NCBI RefSeq assembly: GCF_000315625.1
Contig: NW_005434537.1
Span: 1 to 64,000 of the forward strand
Origin: Guillardia theta CCMP2712
Lineage: Eukaryota > Protista > Cryptophyta
Direction: 5' to 3'
DNA length: 64,000 nt
The first letter of the stretch is position 1. The number at the start of each line of letters is the position of its first letter. The notes below the pieces were generated by a model. That model had not been told where the DNA came from. It worked only from the letters and a program-made list of their open reading frames with translations, and ran no database searches. The position numbers and the translations under genes were made by a program. Of the stretch, positions 48,458-58,749 are shown one piece after another.

Positions 48458-48967
48458 TTACTTGATTGGTTTCCTGAGCTCGGCCTGGGTCTGCTGCAGC
48501 GAGAGGTGGAACACCTGCACGCAGTCCCTCTCGGACCAGCCCTGGAGGTCGTCCTCGGTGAAGCCGAGCGAGCGCCAGCGGTGGAGCGAGAAGGACCACC
48601 TCGCCATGATCTGCTTTGTCATCCCGATGTCGACGAGCTGGGCGTACGTCACCCCCATGGCCTCGAGGAGGTGGGAGGGTAGCTTGAGCTGCCAGAGCTC
48701 GCTGATGTCGGCGCGGAGGTGGAGGATGGGGTGGACGGGGAAGCAGAGCATGTCGGTGACCATGGGGAGCTGCACGTTGCCGTGCCTGACCCACTCCTCC
48801 GGGCTGGGCTGCAGGGTCTTGAGCTTCTCGGGGGACAGCCCCAGCGAGCGGAGGAACTGCCAGGTCAGGGCCTCGCTTGCGACGACGTGCTTCCAGGCCA
48901 GGACCGAGGAGGGGCGGGACCAGCCGTGGATCATGATGGACTGGTACGGCGTGAGTTCGATGGCCAT
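48458..48967 (-). CDS. Hypothetical protein with repeated L-x-x-(L/M/I)G helical motifs
   Basis: GC3-biased ORF from MAIELTPYQ. Confidence 0.7.
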   Translation of the reverse strand: MAIELTPYQSIMIHGWSRPSSVLAWKHVVASEALTWQFLRSLGLSPEKLKTLQPSPEEWVRHGNVQLPMVTDMLCFPVHPILHLRADISELWQLKLPSHLLEAMGVTYAQLVDIGMTKQIMARWSFSLHRWRSLGFTEDDLQGWSERDCVQVFHLSLQQTQAELRKPIK

Positions 48968-49146
48968 GGCGCGGACTTCGGGGCGGTGCTCTGGGCTTGG
49001 CATTACCTTCACTGATCCCCCCTGTCCGCCGTGTTGCCCGGACCGTACTATTTCCCAGTCTTATACCGTTCCTGCCGGTCCCGGACCCTACATGGCATTT
49101 ACTTATTTTTGTGTATTTAAGGAACGACCCTTCTTGGCTGTTCATC

Positions 49147-49713
49147 ATGTTTTTGCAATATCATACTGCTTTCTACACCGTGATTATCACGGACAACGAG
49201 AAGATTACGGGTGTCGTAACCTGCACTGGCAAGGAGATGTGCATGTCTGATTCCGAACGGTTCGGTCATATCAACGTCATCTGCAAGAACTCCCTCCCGG
49301 TTGACACATGCTTTGCAATTGTAAGAGATATCATAGAAAACCTCCCACTTCAGGACATCCGTCAAAAGTACGGTTACCTGGATGGCTCTCTTCTCGATTG
49401 TTTTGTGACAAATAACTACGAGAAGATCAGGGCTTTTTATGCTGGCCTCACAGATCGGTCTTACGAGACCATCGAGTCGTATTATAACCGCCTCCTCGAG
49501 AAGGAAACACTCATCCGCCAGAACTGTAAGCACTTGGTCAATGAGCTCAACCAGCGTCGCCACATTGACAATATCGGTGAACTGCAATATGCTTCGAGAT
49601 TTGTGAGCCACGAAGTCTACGGACATATGGCCTTATACCAAAATTTCGTGAATTCTTGCAATATGGACTTCAGTGACCTGCCGCTTTCTGAGTCCTGCTG
49701 GAGCCTTACCTGA
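49147..49713 (+). CDS. Hypothetical protein, paralog of 10696-11268
   Basis: MFLQYHTAFYTVIITDNEKITGVVTCTGKEMC vs MFVQIHCAYVTVIITNNKRIPRVITCIGKQLC; TATTTAA at 49114-49120. Confidence 0.8.
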   Translation: MFLQYHTAFYTVIITDNEKITGVVTCTGKEMCMSDSERFGHINVICKNSLPVDTCFAIVRDIIENLPLQDIRQKYGYLDGSLLDCFVTNNYEKIRAFYAGLTDRSYETIESYYNRLLEKETLIRQNCKHLVNELNQRRHIDNIGELQYASRFVSHEVYGHMALYQNFVNSCNMDFSDLPLSESCWSLT

Positions 49714-49883
49714 CCCTCTGCATCTCTCCCTTGAGCGCATAGAGAGTTGAGAGATCGGTGATTGTTGTTTCAGAATCAATAAAGATCTTACGTTCTTGAG
49801 CGTGTTTCCGTTATTTTTTTGGGTTGGGTGGATCACGTCGGGAAGGGGGGGGTGGCATGGCGAAAGGAGGGTAGCGGGGAGCC

Positions 49884-50426
49884 ATGAAGAAGCGCCTCTA
49901 CTCCGCCCTCTCCATCGACGAGCTCTCCTTCCTCCCGGGCGAGGGTGAGAGCGACGCGCCCCCGGCCTTCATCCACAACATCGTCAGCACGACCAAGATC
50001 CGGTCGAGCGTGGTGCCGCTCAACCTGAACTACATCGCGTCCGTGCTGCCCAACAGCTTCTACGACAAGCACAAGTTCGCCGCCATCACGATCCGCATCG
50101 ACAACCCCACCTGCACGGTGCTGCTCTTCAGCTCCGGGAAGCTGGTCCTGACCGGCTCCCAGAGCTGGTACAAGTGCCTGCACGCCTCGCTGAAGATCGT
50201 CGAGATGCTCCGCGCCTACATCATCGGGGTGGACTTCCACGTAGAAGACATCGTCGTCCAGAACATCGTCGGCAACGCCATCATCGACCTCCAGGGAAAT
50301 CGCACCTTGAATCTGGAAAGAATGTACAACGAGCAGTGCTCCAAGTGCACCTTCCAGAAGTCCCTCTTCCCGGGCCTCATCTTCCGCCCGGACAACTCCC
50401 CCGTCGTCCTCCTCTGCTTCGAGAGC
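49884..50426 (+). pseudogene. TBP: TATA-box-binding protein, 3'-truncated by the satellite junction
   Basis: Repeat 1 HNIVST…KFAAITIRIDNPTCTVLLFSSGKLVLTG; repeat 2 QNIVGN…LFPGLIFR…VLLCFES stops just before the expected GKxVxTG. Confidence 0.9.
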
Positions 50427-53400
50427 CAGATCCAAAAACCCATAGGGCATTTCTCCCAGGGGGAAGAAAACCTCCCTTGACCCCCCTGTTTCTCGACGGA
50501 TCCTGCCGGCCGGGCCCGTCAGTAGACCGACTGCAGCCTTCAGCCCCGCCTCAGACCCCCTGGAGGCCCGCCAGGAGGCTAAGTGTCCGGAGATTGGCCG
50601 GGGGCCCGATCTCTCCGGGCGGCCGTGACCGGTCAGCGGACCGTGTCAGCAGGCCCGTGACATGTCAGCCGGCTGACAGGGGCCGTGACCCGGCTGACAG
50701 GCTCACCTGACCGGTCACGTGACACATCACGTGACCGAGACAAGACTTTTTTATATCGCAGATCCAAAAACCCATAGGACATTTCTCCCAGGGGGAAGAA
50801 AACCTCCCTTGACCCCCCTGTTTCTCGACGGATCCTGCCGGCCGGGCCCGTCAGTAGACCGACTGCAGCCTTCAGCCCCGCCTCAGACCCCCTGGAGGCC
50901 CGCCAGGAGGCTAAGTGTCCGGAGATTGGCCGGGGGCCCGATCTCTCCGGGCGGCCGTGACCGGTCAGCGGACCGTGTCAGCAGGCCCGTGACATGTCAG
51001 CCGGCTGACAGGGTCCGTGACCCGGCTGACAGGCTCACCTGACCGGTCACGTGACACATCACGTGACCGAGACAAGACTTTTTTATATCGCAGATCCAAA
51101 AACCCATAGGACATTTCTCCCAGGGGGAAGAAAACCTCCCTTGACCCCCCTGTTTCTCGACGATCCTGCCGGCCGGGCCCGTCAGTAGACCGACTGCAGC
51201 CTTCAGCCCCGCCTCAGACCCCCTGGAGGCCCGCCAGGAGGCTAAGTGTCCGGAGATTGGCCGGGGGCCTGATCTCTCCGGGCGGCCGTGACCGGTCAGC
51301 GGACCGTGTCAGCAGGCCCGTGACATGTCAGCCGGCTGACAGGGGCCGTGACCCGGCTGACAGGCTCACCTGACCGGTCACGTGACACATCACGTGACCG
51401 AGACAAGACTTTTTTATATCGCAGATCCAAAAACCCATAGGGCATTTCTCCCAGGGGAAGAAAACCTCCCTTGACCCCCCTGTTTCTCGACGGATCCTGC
51501 CGGCCGGGCCCGTCAGTAGACCGACTGCAGCCTTCAGCCCCGCCTCAGACCCCCTGGAGGCCCGCCAGGAGGCTAAGTGTCCGGAGATTGGCCGGGGGCC
51601 TGATCTCTCCGGGCGGCCGTGACCGGTCAGCGGACCGTGTCAGCAGGCCCGTGACATGTCAGCCGGCTGACAGGGGCCGTGACCCGGCTGACAGGCTCAC
51701 CTGACCGGTCACGTGACACATCACGTGACCGAGACAAGACTTTTTTATATCGCAGATCCAAAAACCCATAGGACATTTCTCCCAGGGGGAAGAAAACCTC
51801 CCTTGACCCCCCTGTTTCTCGACGGATCCTGCCGGCCGGGCCCGTCAGTAGACCGACTGCAGCCTTCAGCCCCGCCTCAGACCCCCTGGAGGCCCGCCAG
51901 GAGGCTAAGTGTCCGGAGATTGGCCGGGGGCCTGATCTCTCCGGGCGGCCGTGACCGGTCAGCGGACCGTGTCAGCAGGCCCGTGACATGTCAGCCGGCT
52001 GACAGGGGCCGTGACCCGGCTGACAGGCTCACCTGACCGGTCACGTGACACATCACGTGACCGAGACAAGACTTTTTTATATCGCAGATCCAAAAACCCA
52101 TAGGACATTTCTCCCAGGGGAAGAAAACCTCCCTTGACCCCCCTGTTTCTCGACGGATCCTGCCGGCCGGCCCGTCAGTAGACCGACTGCAGCCTTCAGC
52201 CCCGCCTCAGACCCCCTGGAGGCCCGCCAGGAGGCTAAGTGTCCGGAGATTGGCCGGGGGCCCGATCTCTCCGGGCGGCCGTGACCGGTCAGCGGACCGT
52301 GTCAGCAGGCCCGTGACATGTCAGCCGGCTGACAGGGGCCGTGACCCGGCTGACAGGCTCACCTGACCGGTCACGTGACACATCACGTGACCGAGACAAG
52401 ACTTTTTTATATCGCAGATCCAAAAACCCATAGGACATTTCTCCCAGGGGGAAGAAAACCTCCCTTGACCCCCCTGTTTCTCGACGGATCCTGCCGGCCG
52501 GGCCCGTCAGTAGACCGACTGCAGCCTTCAGCCCCGCCTCAGACCCCCTGGAGGCCCGCCAGGAGGCTAAGTGTCCGGAGATTGGCCGGGGGCCCGATCT
52601 CTCCGGGCGGCCGTGACCGGTCAGCGGACCGTGTCAGCAGGCCCGTGACATGTCAGCCGGCTGACAGGGGCCGTGACCCGGCTGACAGGCTCACCTGACC
52701 GGTCACGTGACACATCACGTGACCGAGACAAGACTTTTTTATATCGCAGATCCAAAAACCCATAGGACATTTCTCCCAGGGGAAGAAAACCTCCCTTGAC
52801 CCCCCTGTTTCTCGACGGATCCTGCCGGCCGGGCCCGTCAGTAGACCGACTGCAGCCTTCAGCCCCGCCTCAGACCCCCTGGAGGCCCGCCAGGAGGCTA
52901 AGTGTCCGGAGATTGGCCGGGGGCCTGATCTCTCCGGGCGGCCGTGACCGGTCAGCGGACCGTGTCAGCAGGCCCGTGACATGTCAGCCGGCTGACAGGG
53001 TCCGTGACCCGGCTGACAGGCTCACCTGACCGGTCACGTGACACATCACGTGACCGAGACAAGACTTTTTTATATCGCAGATCCAAAAACCCATAGGACA
53101 TTTCTCCCAGGGGGAAGAAAACCTCCCTTGACCCCCCTGTTTCTCGACGGATCCTGCCGGCCGGGCCCGTCAGTAGACCGACTGCAGCCTTCAGCCCCGC
53201 CTCAGACCCCCTGGAGGCCCGCCAGGAGGCTAAGTGTCCGGAGATTGGCCGGGGGCCTGATCTCTCCGGGCGGCCGTGACCGGTCAGCGGACCGTGTCAG
53301 CAGGCCCGTGACATGTCAGCCGGCTGACAGGGTCCGTGACCCGGCTGACAGGCTCACCTGACCGGTCACGTGACACATCACGTGACCGAGACAAGACTTT

Positions 53401-56400
53401 TTTATATCGCAGATCCAAAAACCCATAGGACATTTCTCCCAGGGGAAGAAATCCTCCCTTGACCCCCCTGTTTCTCGACGGATCCTGCCGGCCGGGCCCG
53501 TCAGTAGACCGACTGCAGCCTTCAGCCCCGCCTCAGACCCCCTGGAGGCCCGCCAGGAGGCTAAGTGTCCGGAGATTGGCCGGGGGCCCGATCTCTCCGG
53601 GCGGCCGTGACCGGTCAGCGGACCGTGTCAGCAGGCCCGTGACATGTCAGCCGGCTGACAGGGGCCGTGACCCGGCTGACAGGCTCACCTGACCGGTCAC
53701 GTGACACATCACGTGACCGAGACAAGACTTTTTTATATCGCAGATCCAAAAACCCATAGGACATTTCTCCCAGGGGGAAGAAAACCTCCCTTGACCCCCC
53801 TGTTTCTCGACGGATCCTGCCGGCCGGGCCCGTCAGTAGACCGACTGCAGCCTTCAGCCCCGCCTCAGACCCCCTGGAGGCCCGCCAGGAGGCTAAGTGT
53901 CCGGAGATTGGCCGGGGGCCTGATCAGGCTCTCCGGGCGGCCGTGACCGGTCAGCGGACCGTGTCAGCAGGCCCGTGACATGTCAGCCGGCTGACAGGGG
54001 CCGTGACCCGGCTGACAGGCTCACCTGACCGGTCACGTGACACATCACGTGACCGAGACAAGACTTTTTTATATCGCAGATCCAAAAACCCATAGGACAT
54101 TTCTCCCAGGGGGAAGAAAACCTCCCTTGACCCCCCTGTTTCTCGACGGATCCTGCCGGCCGGGCCCGTCAGTAGACCGACTGCAGCCTTCAGCCCCGCC
54201 TCAGACCCCCTGGAGGCCCGCCAGGAGGCTAAGTGTCCGGAGATGGGCCCGATCTCTCCGGGCGGCCGTGACCGGTCAGCGGACCGTGTCAGCAGGCCCG
54301 TGACATGTCAGCCGGCTGACAGGGGCCGTGACCCGGCTGACAGGCTCACCTGACCGGTCACGTGACACATCACGTGACCGAGACAAGACTTTTTTATATC
54401 GCAGATCCAAAAACCCATAGGACATTTCTCCCAGGGGAAGAAAACCTCCCTTGACCCCCCTGTTTCTCGACGGATCCTGCCGGCCGGGCCCGTCAGTAGA
54501 CCGACTGCAGCCTTCAGCCCCGCCTCAGACCCCCTGGAGGCCCGCCAGGAGGCTAAGTGTCCGGAGATTGGCCGGGGGCCCGATCTCTCCGGGCGGCCGT
54601 GACCGGTCAGCGGACCGTGTCAGCAGGCCCCGTGACATGTCAGCCGGCTGACAGGGGCCGTGACCCGAGCTGACAGGCTCACCTGACCGGGTCACGTGAC
54701 CACATCACGTGACCGAGACAAGACTTTTTTATATCGCAGATCCAAAAACCCATAGGACATTTCTCCCAGGGGGAAGAAAACCTCCCTTGACCCCCCCTGT
54801 TTCTCGACGGATCTGCCGGCCGGGCCCGTCAGTAGACCGACTGCAGCCTTTCAGCCCCGCCTCAGACCCCTGGAGGCCCGCCAGGAGGCTAAGTGTCCGG
54901 AGATTGGCCGGGGGCCTCAGCTCTCCGGGCGGCCGTGACCGGTCAGCGGACCGTGTCAGCAGGCCCGTGACATGTCAGCCGGCTGACAGGGGCCGTGACC
55001 CGGCTGACAGGCTCACCTGACCGGTCACGTGACACATCACGTGACCGAGACAAGACTTTTTTATATCGCAGATCCAAAAACCCATAGGACATTTCTCCCA
55101 GGGGGAAGAAAACCTCCCTTGACCCCCCTGTTTCTCGACGGATCCTGCCGGCCGGGCCCGTCAGTAGACCGACTGCAGCCTTCAGCCCCGCCTCAGACCC
55201 CCTGGAGGCCCGCCAGGAGGCTAAGTGTCCGGAGATTGGCCGGGGGCCTGATCTCTCCGGGCGGCCGTGACCGGTCAGCGGACCGTGTCAGCAGGCCCGT
55301 GACATGTCAGCCGGCTGACAGGGGCCGTGACCCGGCTGACAGGCTCACCTGACCGGTCACGTGACACATCACGTGACCGAGACAAGACTTTTTTATATCG
55401 CAGATCCAAAAACCCATAGGACATTTCTCCCAGGGGGAAGAAAACCTCCCTTGACCCCCCTGTTTCTCGACGGATCCTGCCGGCCGGGCCCGTCAGTAGA
55501 CCGACTGCAGCCTTCAGCCCCGCCTCAGACCCCCTGAGCCCGCCAGAAGGCTAAGTGTCCGGAGATTGGCCGGGGGCCTTGATCTCTCCGGGCGGCCGTG
55601 ACCGGTCAGCGGACCGTGTCAGCAGGCCCGTGACATGTCAGCCGGCTGACAGGGGCCGTGACCCGGCTGACAGGCTCACCTGACCGGTCACGTGACACAT
55701 CACGTGACCGAGACAAGACTTTTTTATATCGCAGATCCAAAAACCCATAGGACATTTCTCCCAGGGGAAGAAAACCTCCCTTGACCCCCCTGTTTCTCGA
55801 CGGATCCTGCCGGCCGGGCCCGTCAGTAGACCGACTGCAGCCTTCAGCCCCGCCTCAGACCCCCTGGAGGCCCGCCAGGAGGCTAAGTGTCCGGAGATTG
55901 GCCGGGGGCCTGATCTCTCCGGGCGGCCGTGACCGGTCAGCGGACCGTGTCAGCAGGCCCGTGACATGTCAGCCGGCTGACAGGGTCCGTGACCCGGCTG
56001 ACAGGCTCACCTGACCGGTCACGTGACACATCACGTGACCGAGACAAGACTTTTTTATATCGCAGATCCAAAAACCCATAGGACATTTCTCCCAGGGGAA
56101 GAAAACCTCCCTTGACCCCCCTGTTTCTCGACGGATCCTGCCGGCCGGGCCCGTCAGTAGACCGACTGCAGCCTTCAGCCCCGCCTCAGACCCCCTGGAG
56201 GCCCGCCAGGAGGCTAAGTGTCCGGAGATTGGCCGGGGGCCTGATCTCTCCGGGCGGCCGTGACCGGTCAGCGGACCGTGTCAGCAGGCCCGTGACATGT
56301 CAGCCGGCTGACAGGGGCCGTGACCCGGCTGACAGGCTCACCTGACCGGTCACGTGACACATCACGTGACCGAGACAAGACTTTTTTATATCGCAGATCC

Positions 56401-58749
56401 AAAAACCCATAGGACATTTCTCCCAGGGGGAAGAAAACCTCCCTTGACCCCCCTGTTTCTCGACGGATCCTGCCGGCCGGGCCCGTCAGTAGCCTGACGA
56501 CTGCAGCCTTCAGCCCCGCCTCAGACCCCCTGGAGGCCCGCCAGGAGGCTAAGTGTCCGGAGATTGGCCGGGGGCCTGATCTCTCCGGGCGGCCGTGACC
56601 GGTCAGCGGACCGTGTCAGCAGGCCCGTGACATGTCAGCCGGCTGACAGGGGCCGTGACCCGGCTGACAGGCTCACCTGACCGGTCACGTGACACATCAC
56701 GTGACCGAGACAAGACTTTTTTATATCGCAGATCCAAAAACCCATAGGACATTTCTCCCAGGGGGAAGAAAACCTCCCTTGACCCCCCTGTTTCTCGACG
56801 GATCCTGCCGGCCGGGCCCGTCAGTAGACCGACTGCAGCCTTCAGCCCCGCCTCAGACCCCCTGGAGGCCCGCCAGGAGGCTAAGTGTCCGGAGATTGGC
56901 CGGGGGCCTGATCTCTCCGGGCGGCCGTGACCGGTCAGCGGACCGTGTCAGCAGGCCCGTGACATGTCAGCCGGCTGACAGGGGCCGTGACCCGGCTGAC
57001 AGGCTCACCTGACCGGTCACGTGACACATCACGTGACCGAGACAAGACTTTTTTATATCGCAGATCCAAAAACCCATAGGACATTTCTCCCAGGGGGAAG
57101 AAAACCTCCCTTGACCCCCCTGTTTCTCGACGGATCCTGCCGGCCGGGCCGGTCAGTAGACCGACTGCAGCCTTCAGCCCCGCCTCAGACCCCCTGGAGG
57201 CCCGCCAGGAGGCTAAGTGTCCGGAGATTGGCCGGGGGCCTGATCTCTCCGGGCGGCCGTGACCGGTCAGCGGACCGTGTCAGCAGGCCCGTGACATGTC
57301 AGCCGGCTGACAGGGGCCGTGACCCGGCTGACAGGCTCACCTGACCGGTCACGTGACACATCACGTGACCGAGACAAGACTTTTTTATATCGCAGATCCA
57401 AAAACCCATAGGACATTTCTCCCAGGGGGAAGAAAACCTCCCTTGACCCCCCTGTTTCTCGACGGATCCTGCCGGCCGGGCCCGTCAGTAGACCGACTGC
57501 AGCCTTCAGCCCCGCCTCAGACCCCCTGGAGGCCCGCCAGGAGGCTAAGTGTCCGGAGATTGGCCGGGGGCCTGATCTCTCCGGGCGGCCGTGACCGGTC
57601 AGCGGACCGTGTCAGCAGGCCCGTGACATGTCAGCCGGCTGACAGGGGCCGTGACCCGGCTGACAGGCTCACCTGACCGGTCACGTGACACATCACGTGA
57701 CCGAGACAAGACTTTTTTATATCGCAGATCCAAAAACCCATAGGACATTTCTCCCAGGGGGAAGAAAACCTCCCTTGACCCCCCTGTTTCTCGACGGATC
57801 CTGCCGGCCGGGCCCGTCAGTAGACCGACTGCAGCCTTCAGCCCCGCCTCAGACCCCCTGGAGGCCCGCCAGGAGGCTAAGTGTCCGGAGATTGGCCGGG
57901 GGCCTGATCTCTCCGGGCGGCCGTGACCGGTCAGCGGACCGTGTCAGCAGGCCCGTGACATGTCAGCCGGCTGACAGGGGCCGTGACCCGGCTGACAGGC
58001 TCACCTGACCGGTCACGTGACACATCACGTGACCGAGACAAGACTTTTTTATATCGCAGATCCAAAAACCCATAGGACATTTCTCCCAGGGGAAGAAAAC
58101 CTCCCTTGACCCCCCTGTTTCTCGACGGATCCTGCCGGCCGGGCCCGTCAGTAGACCGACTGCAGCCTTCAGCCCCGCGTCAGACCCCCTGGAGGCCCGC
58201 CAGGAGGCTAAGTGTCCGGAGATTGGCCGGGGGCCTGATCTCTCCGGACGGCCGTGACCGGTCAACGGACCGTGTCAGCAGGCCCGTGACATGTCAGCCG
58301 GCTGACAGGGTCCGTGACCCGGCTGACAGGCTCACCTGACCGGTCACGTGACACATCACGTGACCGAGACAAGACTACGTTATATCGCAGATCCACAAAC
58401 CCATAGGACATTTCTCCCAGGGGGAAGAAAACCTCCCTTGACCCCCCTGTTTCTCGACGGATCCTGCCGGCCGGGCCCGTCAGTAGACCGACTGCAGCCT
58501 TCAGCCCCGCCTCAGACCCCCTGGAGGCCCGCCAGGAGGCTAAGTGTCCGGAGATTGGCCGGGGGCCTGATCTCTCCGGGCGGCCGTGACCGGTCAGCGG
58601 ACCGTGTCAGCAGGCCCGTGACATGTCAGCCGGCTGACAGGGGCCGTGACCCGGCTGACAGGCTCACCTGACCGGTCACGTGACACATCACGTGACCGAG
58701 ACAAGACTTTTTTATATCGCAGATCCAAAAACCCATAGGACATTTCTCC
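50427..58749. repeat. 332-bp satellite, ~25 highly homogeneous monomers
   Basis: Period 332 (e.g. 56689, 57021, 57353, 57685), 331 where the G5 run is G4; few SNP variants. Confidence 0.98.

Larger units (their letters stand above)
924..50426. mobile_element. Endogenous large DNA virus genome fragment, mirusvirus-like (Duplodnaviria-type capsid module)
   Basis: ~50 compact intronless ORFs between two satellite blocks; HK97-type MCP, assemblin-like protease, triplex-like pair together with TBP, AEP primase, dNMP kinase, Snf7, DcpS; AATAAA signals at convergent gene ends. Confidence 0.85.

Noticed and set aside
924-50426. Complete circular viral genome opened at one point
   Set aside because: Joining the ends gives FESLCNRW…stop, not the GKxVxTG needed to complete TBP; PolB, terminase and portal are not recognisable
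924-50426. Prophage, Polinton/virophage or Nucleocytoviricota insertion
   Set aside because: Eukaryotic promoter and poly(A) signals, TBP and Snf7 argue against a phage; no TIRs, integrase, pPolB, double-jelly-roll capsid or A32 ATPase recognised
54600-54930. Divergent satellite monomer as a higher-order repeat marker
   Set aside because: Mostly single-base homopolymer indels in one monomer, more consistent with consensus error than real structure
50427-58749. CRISPR array or RNA-gene array (5S, tRNA, spliced leader)
   Set aside because: No unique spacers, no cas genes and no recognisable RNA-gene sequence in the monomer
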